Positions 31,307 through 40,193 of a stretch of 64,000 bases of DNA are shown here, piece after piece. Each line of letters begins with the position of its first letter. The first letter of the stretch is position 1. The notes under the pieces are model-generated. The model did not search any database and was not told the origin of the DNA. It was given only the letters and a program-made list of their open reading frames with translations. The translations under genes and the position numbers were made by a program. The DNA comes from Patescibacteria group bacterium (GTDB lineage Bacteria > Patescibacteriota > Minisyncoccia > Phycocordibacterales > Phycocordibacteraceae). Where the stretch lies: positions 2,709 through 66,708 of the forward strand of contig SCTS01000003.1 in NCBI GenBank assembly GCA_004322365.1. Direction: 5' to 3'.

Positions 31307-32215
31307 ATGAAAAAACCTAGTTCTCAAGTGAAAACAGGCACGTTCAAACTCAAGTCGGGTCTGGCCGATATGCTCAAAGGGGGTGTCATTATGGATGTGG
31401 TAAATGCAGAGCATGCAAAAATAGCCGAAGATGCAGGAGCAGTTGCTGTGATGGCTCTAGAGCGAGTGCCATCAGACATCCGTGCAATGGGAGGTGTGGC
31501 TCGCATGTCTGACCCAAAGATGATTAAGGGAATACAGTCCGCTGTTACCATTCCCGTTATGGCAAAATGCAGAATAGGGCATTTTGTAGAGGCACAGGTA
31601 CTTGAAGCTTTGAGTGTTGATTTTATTGATGAAAGCGAAGTGTTAACTCCTGCGGATGAGCAATTTCATATTTCAAAAGAAAATTTCACTACGCCGTTTG
31701 TATGTGGTGCTCGTGATTTAGGGGAAGCTCTCAGAAGAATCTCTGAAGGTGCTGCAATGATACGAACTAAAGGTGAGGCAGGAAGTGGCAATATTGTGGA
31801 GGCAGTACGGCACATTCGTACGATGCAGAGCGGTATTGCCGAGCTTGTAGATCTTCTCGAAAAAAAGAATACAAAAAAATTACAAATGCTTGCTCGTGAG
31901 TATAGGGTTTCATATGAATTGGTTTTGAAAGTAGCGAAGCTTGGGCGATTGCCGGTAGTTAATTTTGCAGCGGGAGGCATTGCAACTCCTGCAGATGCGG
32001 CGCTCTGTATGCAACTTGGTGTTGACGGTGTGTTTGTAGGTTCGGGGATATTTAAGAGTTCAAACCCTAAAAAAACAGCCAGAGCCATTGTCGACTCTGT
32101 GGCTCACTTTAATGATGCAAAAAAGATTGCCTTAGCAAGTGAAGATGTAGGAGAGGCTATGAAGGGGCAAGAAATTTCAGCTCTCCAAACTCGTTTAGCA
32201 AGTCGTGGTATTTAG
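31307..32215 (+). CDS. pdxS: pyridoxal 5'-phosphate synthase lyase subunit PdxS
   Basis: [43 protein letters not shown] conserved core. Confidence 0.9.
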   Translation: MKKPSSQVKTGTFKLKSGLADMLKGGVIMDVVNAEHAKIAEDAGAVAVMALERVPSDIRAMGGVARMSDPKMIKGIQSAVTIPVMAKCRIGHFVEAQVLEALSVDFIDESEVLTPADEQFHISKENFTTPFVCGARDLGEALRRISEGAAMIRTKGEAGSGNIVEAVRHIRTMQSGIAELVDLLEKKNTKKLQMLAREYRVSYELVLKVAKLGRLPVVNFAAGGIATPADAALCMQLGVDGVFVGSGIFKSSNPKKTARAIVDSVAHFNDAKKIALASEDVGEAMKGQEISALQTRLASRGI

Positions 32216-32222
32216 TGCTTCC

Positions 32223-32819
32223 ATGCAATCTCTTACGGTAGGTGTTCTCGCTCTCCATGGCGATGTTCGTGAGCATGTAGAGGCAATCAATGAAGCTGTA
32301 GTCAATCTAAAAATTTCAGTCATTGTAGTGCTTGTTCGTACGGCAGGTGACTTGGAAACGCTTGACGCTCTTATTATTCCTGGGGGTGAAAGCACTACAC
32401 TGCAAAAACTGTGCGAGAGGGAAGGAATGTTTCAGAAAATGAAAAAAGTGAAGAATATATTTGGCACCTGCGCGGGGGCAATTCTTTTAGCAAAAGAAGT
32501 TTTACACGCATCTGAAGGTCAGAAAACGTTAGAGCTTGTTGATATTGAAGTAGATAGAAATGCCTACGGTCGACAGAATGAATCTTTTGAAAAGGTGATT
32601 AAGACTGAACTTGGTTCGATGAATGCTGTTTTTATTCGTGCCCCGAAGATTACTAGGGTAGGTAAAGGGGTTAAAGTACTTGCTAGAAATGGGGCTGAAA
32701 TAATCGCCTGTGAAGAACGAGTTGGAGGCAGATACTATTTAGCGACATGCTTTCATCCAGAGTACACCTCCAGCACCTTTCATAAATATTTTTTAAAGGA
32801 GGCTTTGCGGAAGCGGTAG
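32223..32819 (+). CDS. pdxT: pyridoxal 5'-phosphate synthase glutaminase subunit PdxT
   Basis: VGVLALHGDVREH, IIPGGESTT, GTCAG catalytic Cys. Confidence 0.85.
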   Translation: MQSLTVGVLALHGDVREHVEAINEAVVNLKISVIVVLVRTAGDLETLDALIIPGGESTTLQKLCEREGMFQKMKKVKNIFGTCAGAILLAKEVLHASEGQKTLELVDIEVDRNAYGRQNESFEKVIKTELGSMNAVFIRAPKITRVGKGVKVLARNGAEIIACEERVGGRYYLATCFHPEYTSSTFHKYFLKEALRKR

Positions 32820-32825
32820 GGTAAT

Positions 32826-33887
32826 TTATTTTCCTTGACCGTAATATTGTTTGAGAAGAGCAACATGCTCCTTGTAGGTTGCGGTGCAGTGGAAGCCTCC
32901 TTTTTTGTCATGGAAGTAGAAGATGCAATCTGTTTTTTTAGGATTAAGCGCTGCAACGACAGCGGCAACAGAAGGGCTTGCGATAGGAGTTGGCGGTAAA
33001 CCAGAATTTAGATAGGTGTTGTAGCTTGATTTAATATATTTATCTTTTGGTGCAACTTTAGGCCACCATATATCGTTTTTTCCTTTGTTTGCAGAGCTTT
33101 TTGCATACTGAAGAGTTGCATCAATTTGGAGATTCATGTCATTCCAAATACGATTCCAGATTATGCCTGAGATTATTCGCATTTCATCAGGGTCGCTTGT
33201 CTCGCGCTCCAAGAGGGATGCAATGGTTAGTGCTGTCTCCAATGGAACTATTTGGGCAGTGGAGGTCGCATAGCGAGAAAGTATTGTGTTATGAAAACGC
33301 TCATCCAAGGTTCGCTTGATAGCATCAAGATCATCACCGGCATTGACTTCATATGTCCCTGGGGCAAATTTACCCTCACCTAGAGTTGGGGCTTCCGTAT
33401 TTGTATGGGTAAGAAACTCTGCGCGCTCTTCTCGACTCCAATCTAATGTTTTTCCAAAAGCTCGCGCAACCTCTTCTTGTCTATATCCCGGGTAAATGGT
33501 GACAAATTGCATTCCTGCTGCTCCGACAAGTGCATAGCCAGGCACGGAAGTGATGATGCTGGCGATAGTACCTAATATTCCCTTTGCCTTAATAGAAGCA
33601 GCAGATAGTGAGGGGTTTTCTTTAGTAAAGAAGGCATCTACTTCTGCATTTTCGTTGATAGATCTTCCTTGTGGATTGACGCTGACAGGGAAAGGTTTAA
33701 CTGTAGGAGTTACGATTTCTTGTTCCTGCTGTATTTGAAAGGAGAAAAAATAAGGGAATGAAAGAACTGCGATACCTATAACCACAGCAATTACTGCACC
33801 CCAGAGCAGGAGTGGTTTTTTACTTGGCATTTTTTTCTTAGCCTTGATGTTTCGCGTCAAAGGTTTTGAGGCTGAGGAACTTGCCAT
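32826..33887 (-). CDS. mltG: endolytic murein transglycosylase MltG (YceG-like)
   Basis: N-terminal TM; SSYNTYLNSGLPPTPIASP signature; convergent with pdxT. Confidence 0.8.
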   Translation of the reverse strand: MASSSASKPLTRNIKAKKKMPSKKPLLLWGAVIAVVIGIAVLSFPYFFSFQIQQEQEIVTPTVKPFPVSVNPQGRSINENAEVDAFFTKENPSLSAASIKAKGILGTIASIITSVPGYALVGAAGMQFVTIYPGYRQEEVARAFGKTLDWSREERAEFLTHTNTEAPTLGEGKFAPGTYEVNAGDDLDAIKRTLDERFHNTILSRYATSTAQIVPLETALTIASLLERETSDPDEMRIISGIIWNRIWNDMNLQIDATLQYAKSSANKGKNDIWWPKVAPKDKYIKSSYNTYLNSGLPPTPIASPSVAAVVAALNPKKTDCIFYFHDKKGGFHCTATYKEHVALLKQYYGQGK

Positions 33888-33916
33888 ACGATACAGTATA
33901 ACGCTAGGAATGGATT

Positions 33917-34891
33917 CTAATCAGTTTCAAAAAGCTCACTCAATGATTCACCATTATTTAGGCGATTAATAGCATTTCCAAAAATTTCACCCACAGAAAT
34001 AACTTCTATTTTCTGAGACAGTGTTTGCGTTTGAAGAACGCTGTCAGTTATGAATATTTTTTTAACGGGTGAGCGGTCAATGGCGGACATGGCACTTCCT
34101 GAAAGTATGCCGTGCGTAGCTGCAGCGTAGACTTCTTTTGCGCCGTTCTCCATAAGTAGAGCAGAGGCTTTTTCAAGAGTTCCACAGGTATCAAACATAT
34201 CATCAATAATGAGTGCGATTTTGCCTTTTACATCGCCGACAAGTTTCATTGCCGTTACCTGATTGGGAATTTCGCGTTGTTTGTGAATAATTGCAAGATC
34301 TACATTTTTTGTTAATCGTTTTGCATATGATTGTGCACGACTTACACCGCCGACATCAGGTGACACGACCACGAGCTCCTCTTTTGCTAATGCGTCAGCA
34401 AAGAAGGACTGGAAGAAAGATATAAATACAGGTCGGGCGTATAAGTAATCAACGTTGGTGTCCCTGAAGAATCCGCCAATGGCATCTGTATGTAAGTCCA
34501 TTGCCAAAATTTTATCGGTACCGAGTGTTTCAAGGAGTACTGCAACTACCCGAGCGGAAATTGGTTCACGAGGCTTTGCTTTCCTCTCCTGCCGTGCGTA
34601 TCCCATGTAGGGGAGTACGACGGTGATTTCTCGCGCAGACGCACCACGCGCGGCTTCAACAGCGAGGAATAAGCGCATCCAGTTTTCAGCAGGTGGGTTA
34701 GTGGATTGAACAAGAAATACACTCTTTCCACGAAGATTCTCCATAAACTGAACATGCTGTTCGCCGTCAGAGAATGTTTTTAGTTTTATTTTCCCCAAGG
34801 AGGTGCCGAGCTTTGATGCAATTTTTTCAGCAAGAGGGTCGTTCGAGCCGAGGCTGAATATTGCGTAGTCCATTAGTGGGGAGTATATCAA
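33917..34891 (-). CDS. prs: ribose-phosphate pyrophosphokinase
   Basis: DLHTDAIGGFF, PRPP-binding DDMFDTCGTL motif. Confidence 0.85.
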   Translation of the reverse strand: MIYSPLMDYAIFSLGSNDPLAEKIASKLGTSLGKIKLKTFSDGEQHVQFMENLRGKSVFLVQSTNPPAENWMRLFLAVEAARGASAREITVVLPYMGYARQERKAKPREPISARVVAVLLETLGTDKILAMDLHTDAIGGFFRDTNVDYLYARPVFISFFQSFFADALAKEELVVVSPDVGGVSRAQSYAKRLTKNVDLAIIHKQREIPNQVTAMKLVGDVKGKIALIIDDMFDTCGTLEKASALLMENGAKEVYAAATHGILSGSAMSAIDRSPVKKIFITDSVLQTQTLSQKIEVISVGEIFGNAINRLNNGESLSELFETD

Positions 34892-34965
34892 GAACTGTGT
34901 CTAATGTGTAACATTTTCCTCTTTGCGTGGGTTTATGTATTTAGTACTAGGATGCATGCGTAAAG

Positions 34966-35427
34966 GTGTCCCGTGTCTTATACTGCTTTAATACACTCAT
35001 GATTATCGTAAACCAACTCACTGAGGTTTCAGATCAAAACATACAGGAACTAGAGCTTCTCTCGGGTATGTTGCATGGCGATGAACGAAAATCATCGGCA
35101 GACGAAATTGCCCGCATACTCGGCAACCCTTCTATTATTTTTGTTGTTGCAAAAGACTCTGAACGCATTATAGGAATGGGTGCGCTCTATATACATCAGA
35201 AAGTTGGTAAAATAGGGTCATATATAGAAGATGTCATTGTTGATAGTGCGTACCGTGGACAAGGGTTAGGTAAAAAAATAGTACAAGCTCTCATTGATGG
35301 GGCACGCGAGCGGGGAGTGGTATCAATTTCACTTACCTCACGACCAGAAAGAATTGCAGCGCATACTTTGTATGAAAAACTTGGTTTTAAAAAATATGAC
35401 ACAAATGTTTTTAGAATTACCCTCTAA
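34966..35427 (+). CDS. GNAT-family N-acetyltransferase
   Basis: RGQGLGKKIVQALIDGARERG acetyl-CoA binding motif A. Confidence 0.7.
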   Translation: MSRVLYCFNTLMIIVNQLTEVSDQNIQELELLSGMLHGDERKSSADEIARILGNPSIIFVVAKDSERIIGMGALYIHQKVGKIGSYIEDVIVDSAYRGQGLGKKIVQALIDGARERGVVSISLTSRPERIAAHTLYEKLGFKKYDTNVFRITL

Positions 35428-35439
35428 TAGCTAGCTCTA

Positions 35440-36585
35440 ATGTCACGGGTAAAAATTACGGAATATCGAGCTAAGAAACTCATTCTCGGAGATTCATATA
35501 CGGGAGTTTCTATTCACAATGGGAAAATTGTACTTCCGAAAAGTGGGCGATTTGTTGCAAAGGTTGATCAAGGTATTAAGAAGCGTTTTAAGCAGGGGCT
35601 TGTTGCCGTGGATGGTACATCCACGGCAATTTCTAAAAGTGTCTCTTTGTGGAGGAAAAAAGGTTTCTCTCATTTTCTTGTTGAGCCGTATGTACCGCAT
35701 GAGGAGTCTGAAGAGCAGTACCTTTCTTTAGAGCGGGTGCGCACGGGAATACGAATATTGCATGCATCTGCTGGCGGTATTGATATTGAAGCGCATCCCG
35801 AGCTTGTGAAAACATATCTCATAAATCCAGCACTACCATATACGATAGTGCCGGGCATCCCAGAAAAATTCTTGAAACATCTTGTGGAGGTGTTTGAGAA
35901 GAACTTTTTCTCGTTTCTTGAAATTAATCCACTCGTTGTTCGGGGAGACGAAGTATATATCCTCGATGCAGCGGTGCTCGTCGACAGCGCGGGAATATTT
36001 TTCGTCAAAAATGGATGGAGTGAAGACGATATTGTTGAGGGAAAGGCACGACATATTGCTGAAGAAAAAGTGCAGGCACTTCAAAAAACTACCCCTGCCT
36101 CTTTGAAACTCACCATTTTGCACCCTGATGGAGGTTTGTTTTTTCTGCTTTCAGGTGGTGGTGGAAGTATTGTTATTGCGGATGAGGCAGAACTTAATGG
36201 TGTGGGTCGCTCCATTGGCAATTATGGAGAATATAGCGGTGGTCCAACTCGGGAAGAAACACATCTCTACGCACGAGAGGTGATCCAGCTATTACTTAAT
36301 TCACCTGCAAAGAAGAAAGCCCTCGTGATTGCTGGAGGTATTGCAAATTTTACCGATATTAAATCAACTTTTAGAGGTGTCGTTGATGCCTTGTCAGAGT
36401 ACACGGGCACTCTCCGGAGAAAAGGTGTAAAAGTATTTGTGCGTCGTGGTGGGCCACATGAAAAGGAGGGACTTTTGTATATGGAGGAGTATTTAAAAAA
36501 GGAAAAATTATTTGGTTCAGTGTATGGCTCTGAGGCAGTGATTACGAGTGCAGTGGACGATGCGATAGCATTTATAAAAAAATGA
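35440..36585 (+). CDS. ATP-citrate lyase small (ATP-grasp, AclB-like) subunit
   Basis: Recalled blocks match eukaryotic/bacterial ACL N-terminal half: FLVEPYVPH, FLEINPLVV, LKLTILHPDGG..LSGGGGS, NYGEYSGGP, AGGIANFTD, FVRRGGP. Confidence 0.75.
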   Translation: MSRVKITEYRAKKLILGDSYTGVSIHNGKIVLPKSGRFVAKVDQGIKKRFKQGLVAVDGTSTAISKSVSLWRKKGFSHFLVEPYVPHEESEEQYLSLERVRTGIRILHASAGGIDIEAHPELVKTYLINPALPYTIVPGIPEKFLKHLVEVFEKNFFSFLEINPLVVRGDEVYILDAAVLVDSAGIFFVKNGWSEDDIVEGKARHIAEEKVQALQKTTPASLKLTILHPDGGLFFLLSGGGGSIVIADEAELNGVGRSIGNYGEYSGGPTREETHLYAREVIQLLLNSPAKKKALVIAGGIANFTDIKSTFRGVVDALSEYTGTLRRKGVKVFVRRGGPHEKEGLLYMEEYLKKEKLFGSVYGSEAVITSAVDDAIAFIKK

Positions 36586-38387
36586 ACATACTTGAATTAA
36601 CACGGAAAGGAAGAACAAAGGTTCTCGTCATAGGGAATCATTCAGGCATTATTCAGTCGATGCTTGATTTTGATTTTCTTTCAGGTAAAGACATTCCTTC
36701 TGTGCTGGGGATAGTTGCAGGGAATCGCAAAGCAGAAAAATATTTTTTTGGCACTAAAGAAATTTTGTTGCCATGTTATAAAAACATTCAAATTGCTTCG
36801 GAAGTCCTAGGTTCAAAAGTCGATTGGATGCTTAATCTTCAGTCAGGACGGCGTACATTTGAATCAACGGTTTCCTTTTTTGATTTTTTCCCAAAATCAC
36901 TTGGGGCACACATATTTGCAGAAAATGTTCCAGAAAGTCATGCAACTGAGCTCATCTCTCGTTTTGGTAAAAAATATTTCATTGTGGGGCCTTCAGGAGT
37001 TGGGTTGTTGGTGCCGAACGCATTAAAGCTTGGTGCCATTGGTGGTGTTGATGCGGTGCAAATTAAATCTGGAGCACTGACAAGTGCTGGAAATATTGCG
37101 GTTGGTTCAACCTCTGGAGGGATGACTAATGAGTTGATTCATGCAGTTGCGCGTGCTGGGAAAAGGCTCTCGTTTGCCATAGCTATTGGTGGGGATAGAT
37201 TTCCCGTTGTTTCTTTAACGCAAATATTTGCACTCGCTGAAGCAGATTCTCAAACAGAAGGATTTGTATATTTTGGAGAGCTTGGCGGTGTAGATGAATA
37301 TGAAATTATTGAGCTCATTAAGGCAAAAAAGTTTACCAAACCCCTCGTTGCCTACATTGCAGGAATCATAGATGAAGCATTTGATGAACATGTGCAATTT
37401 GGGCATGCAAAAGCACTCGTTCAGACAATGGACGAAAGCGCTCGTGCAAAGCGTGAGGCACTTCGCAGTGTTGGTGTTATTGCTCCTGATACATTTCCTC
37501 AGTTTCTTGATGCGCTTCAAAAACTTCCCGGAGGCGCGTATACTGCTGAGGAAATGGACATTCAACCGCTCCAAGGGCGCCAGAAAAGCATTCTTTCAAC
37601 GAGAAAGGTTTTGGATATAGATGAGGGTCGTGTTTTTGTAAAAGGAAAAAAGCTTTTGAAAGGCAAAGAAAATGCGTTTGTTGACGCTACCTTGGGGGCT
37701 CTTCTAGGGAAACCAGTACGCTCTCCAGTAACACGAGCTTTTACCGAAGCCGTTTTTGAAATGCTCATAGACCATGGAGGAAATGTATCAGGAGCAGTGA
37801 ACACTATGATTACTGCCCGTGCAGGGAAAGATCTTGTTTCGTCTTTAGCCTCAGGTCTTCTCACAGTGGGCCCTCGTTTTGGTGGAGCAATAAACGAAGC
37901 AGCTCGTTTGTGGATTCTAGGTGTGGTGTCGCAAAAAACAGGTTTGGGGTTTGTAGCTGAAAAAGCAAAAGCAGGAGAGCTGATTTTAGGTATTGGGCAT
38001 AAGAAATACCGCGTTGGGTTGGCAGATCCTCGAGTGAAAGCTCTTGCTGAATTCGCAACGCTTCTTAAAAAGCATCCGCATTATGATTTTGCACGGAGTG
38101 TTGAGAAAGCAACAACTTCAAAAAATGGAAAATTGATTTTAAACATTGACGGCGCTATTGCGGCATTACTTCTGGATATTTTGAGTGAGTGCGAAGGAAT
38201 GAGCGAGCGGGAACTCCAAGAGCTTGCTGACGCAGAATTCTTTAATGCATTTTTTGTTATCCCTCGTTCCGTTGGTTTCATTGCACATTTCATGGAACAA
38301 AAGAAAAACGATGAAGGTTTGTTCCGTCTCCCCGATGAACTACTGTTTGTGAGAGAAGAGACTCCAAAGAAAAATAAGAAGAAATAA
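36582..38387 (+). CDS. ATP-citrate lyase large (CoA-binding/phospho-His + citrate-synthase-like, AclA-like) subunit
   Basis: SucD-like N-half with QFGHAKA phospho-His loop; C-terminal GIGHKKYRVGLADPR matches citrate-synthase/citryl-CoA-lyase G-x-GH-x-x-Y-x-x-x-DPR; ATGA overlap with upstream gene. Confidence 0.75.
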   Translation: MNILELTRKGRTKVLVIGNHSGIIQSMLDFDFLSGKDIPSVLGIVAGNRKAEKYFFGTKEILLPCYKNIQIASEVLGSKVDWMLNLQSGRRTFESTVSFFDFFPKSLGAHIFAENVPESHATELISRFGKKYFIVGPSGVGLLVPNALKLGAIGGVDAVQIKSGALTSAGNIAVGSTSGGMTNELIHAVARAGKRLSFAIAIGGDRFPVVSLTQIFALAEADSQTEGFVYFGELGGVDEYEIIELIKAKKFTKPLVAYIAGIIDEAFDEHVQFGHAKALVQTMDESARAKREALRSVGVIAPDTFPQFLDALQKLPGGAYTAEEMDIQPLQGRQKSILSTRKVLDIDEGRVFVKGKKLLKGKENAFVDATLGALLGKPVRSPVTRAFTEAVFEMLIDHGGNVSGAVNTMITARAGKDLVSSLASGLLTVGPRFGGAINEAARLWILGVVSQKTGLGFVAEKAKAGELILGIGHKKYRVGLADPRVKALAEFATLLKKHPHYDFARSVEKATTSKNGKLILNIDGAIAALLLDILSECEGMSERELQELADAEFFNAFFVIPRSVGFIAHFMEQKKNDEGLFRLPDELLFVREETPKKNKKK

Positions 38388-38437
38388 TTCCTGTTCCGTA
38401 GCCACTTGTTCTGAGTTATTATTGTCTCTACAGTATC

Positions 38438-38510
38438 GGGCGGTTAGCTCAGTTGGTAGAGCGTTCCCTTCACACGGGAGAGGTCACAGGTTCGAATCCT
38501 GTATCGCCCA
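38438..38510 (+). tRNA. tRNA-Val (anticodon CAC)
   Basis: Acceptor GGGCGGT/ATCGCCC, D-arm gctc-agttggta-gagc, anticodon loop ttcacac, T-arm acagg-ttcgaat-cctgt. Confidence 0.85.
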
Positions 38511-38615
38511 CACATAATTTATTATGTGTGGCAGGATGAGAATGCCGGAGCGATGTTTTTAGTTTCGAAAAACCGTGAGGCGGGGTTGCGACCAAAGCGA
38601 GCGACGACGAGCTTT

Positions 38616-38646
38616 GAGTTGTGACCGAATCCTGTATCGCCCACCA
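38616..38646 (+). pseudogene. degenerate copy of tRNA-Val 3' half (T-arm remnant + acceptor 3' strand + CCA)
   Basis: gaatcctgtatcgccca repeats the tRNA-Val 3' end 115 nt downstream in direct orientation. Confidence 0.55.
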
Positions 38647-38678
38647 GTTCTTTTAAATTCTAATTTTCTTCCTCATTT

Positions 38679-38752
38679 CGGGGCGGAGTATGCCGGTAGT
38701 ACATACGATTCGGGTTCGTATAGACCGAGTTCGATTCTCGGCGCCCCGACCA
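38679..38752 (+). tRNA. tRNA-Pro (anticodon CGG), C1:G72, CCA encoded
   Basis: Acceptor CGGGGCG/CGCCCCG, 3-bp D-stem, anticodon stem tacga/tcgta with loop ttcgggt, T-arm ccgag-ttcgatt-ctcgg, ACCA tail. Confidence 0.7.
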
Positions 38753-38779
38753 TAGAGGTAAAACATATTTTTTATTCAT

Positions 38780-38850
38780 GGGCCTATAGTCAAGTGGTAC
38801 GATGCTACATTCGCATTGTAGAGGCGCGAGTTCGATTCTCGCTAGGTCCA
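38780..38850 (+). tRNA. tRNA-Ala (anticodon CGC)
   Basis: Acceptor GGGCCTA/TAGGTCC with G3:U70, anticodon stem ctaca/tgtag loop ttcgcat, T-arm gcgag-ttcgatt-ctcgc. Confidence 0.8.
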
Positions 38851-39004
38851 CAGAAATAATGCGCAAAGCGCATATATTTCGTAGGATGTCGCATCCCTGA
38901 TGCGACGCCACAAAGTTATCATTTGTGCTCCAGGGAGCAGGGCTCGCAGGAACTCTTTCAAAAAGAATAGTGACCTGAGGTCCAATTCTCTTTCTCGCAC
39001 ACTC

Positions 39005-39076
39005 GCTTTCATCGTTCAATGGATAGGACATCTCCCTCCGAAGGAGAAAATCCAGGTTCGACTCCTGGTGAGAGCA
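39005..39076 (+). tRNA. tRNA-Arg (anticodon CCG)
   Basis: Acceptor GCTTTCA/TGAGAGC (two G:U), D-arm gttc-aatggata-ggac, anticodon stem tctcc/ggaga loop ctccgaa, T-arm ccagg-ttcgact-cctgg. Confidence 0.6.
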
Positions 39077-39122
39077 CAAACAAAAACTAACCGCGCAAGC
39101 GATTATTTTTGTTTGTGCTCTC
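39070..39122. repeat. 17-bp perfect inverted repeat hairpin (gagagcacaaacaaaaa / tttttgtttgtgctctc, 19-nt loop) overlapping the tRNA-Arg acceptor 3' strand
   Basis: Exact reverse-complement arms read from sequence; followed by a 7-bp hairpin (ggatgtc-tggga-gacatcc) at 39124-39141 and a hairpin+T6 at ~39143-39176. Confidence 0.7.
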
Positions 39123-39322
39123 GAGGATGTCTGGGAGACATCCGTGCAGGAATCGAATACCTTGCGAGCATTTTTTCTGAACTTCCGAAAAAACCACGTA
39201 CTCCAAGAGTCATTCTGCTGAATGAGGTGTACAGCTCCTGTAAAGGGACTTTTCAGAAACTGCGTTCGGACGAAATGAAAACTGCGTTTTCGTTTCGCTC
39301 CTCGCTTGTTTCTGTAAGGAGA

Positions 39323-39340
39323 GACTCCTGGTGAGAGCAC
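39323..39340 (+). repeat. direct repeat of tRNA-Arg 3' end (gactcctggtgagagcac) 250 nt downstream of the tRNA
   Basis: 18-nt exact copy of 39059-39076. Confidence 0.6.
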
Positions 39341-39408
39341 TCTTCAACTCCTTTCGTTCGCTCAGTGCAACAACTTACAGCGATTATTTTTCTAAGCACT
39401 ACAAAAAG

Positions 39409-39450
39409 CCTGTATAGTATAAATTAACGACCGTTAACTTATACTATACC
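39409..39450. repeat. palindromic element copy A (cctgtatagtataaattaacga-ccgttaacttatactatacc)
   Basis: Near-perfect 42-bp palindrome; same family as 54794-54839 and 55204-55245. Confidence 0.7.
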
Positions 39451-39509
39451 GAGTAAGATGGGTAGTATTTTGTTTAATGCTTTAATTTTGGGCGGTATAT
39501 AATAAAAAA

Positions 39510-40088
39510 ATGAAAGATCGATCATACCGAAAACCTCTGATGCCTGAAAATGCGAAGCGTGTTTTTGAAGGTGAAATTTTTGACATGTATCAGTGGGAAC
39601 AAGGGCTCTACGATGGAACTTCTGCAACTTTTGAAAAAGGTTCTCGTCCCGATACCGCGATCGTTTTTCCTATTATGGAAGACGGACAGATTTTGATAAT
39701 TGAAGACTCGCAACCTCATCGAGAGACAGTTCTTACTACTGTTGCAGGCAGGATAGAGTTTAACGAAACTCCTGAAGAGGCTGCCAAGCGGGAACTCTTG
39801 GAAGAGACAGGTTATGAAGCAAATACATGGGAATCTTTTTACACAGTTACCCCAGTCGAGAAACTTGATTGGGTTAATTATGTTTTTATCGCAAAAGGAT
39901 GTAGAAAAGTAAAAGATCAACAGCCTGACGCAGGGGAGAAAATAACTGTACGCTCAGTCACATTTGAGGAACTTATTTCACTTGCTTCGGAAGGGGAGTT
40001 GCGGGGCAGGGATTTCAGAATCATGGTACTTCAGGCAATGTTAAATCCTGAAAAAATGAAAGATTTACGAAAGAGGTTTGCCAACTAG
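39510..40088 (+). CDS. NUDIX hydrolase
   Basis: Nudix box GRIEFNETPEEAAKRELLEETG. Confidence 0.8.
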   Translation: MKDRSYRKPLMPENAKRVFEGEIFDMYQWEQGLYDGTSATFEKGSRPDTAIVFPIMEDGQILIIEDSQPHRETVLTTVAGRIEFNETPEEAAKRELLEETGYEANTWESFYTVTPVEKLDWVNYVFIAKGCRKVKDQQPDAGEKITVRSVTFEELISLASEGELRGRDFRIMVLQAMLNPEKMKDLRKRFAN

Positions 40089-40193
40089 AGGTGGTATCAC
40101 GGAACCATGGCATGGTTGAAGTCGGGGTTTGCGCTTTTTCAAACAAACATCCCAGTAAAAAAGTCATTCGTAGCGATGTTGTACACTTAAGGA

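Noticed and set aside
38660-39340. ORF-track CDS 38660..39340 (-, 226 aa) and 38900..39334 (+, 144 aa)
   Set aside because: They overlap three tRNA genes and repeat/hairpin-rich non-coding sequence, have no protein motifs, and overlap each other; judged spurious.
39005-39345. Possible permuted (two-piece) tmRNA: T-arm, then acceptor 3' strand, then a loop, then complementary 5' strand
   Set aside because: The candidate acceptor helix has U3:A70 rather than the G3:U70 required for alanylation. No tag-peptide reading frame ending in a typical ...AA stop was found. The 5' part folds as an ordinary tRNA-Arg(CCG).
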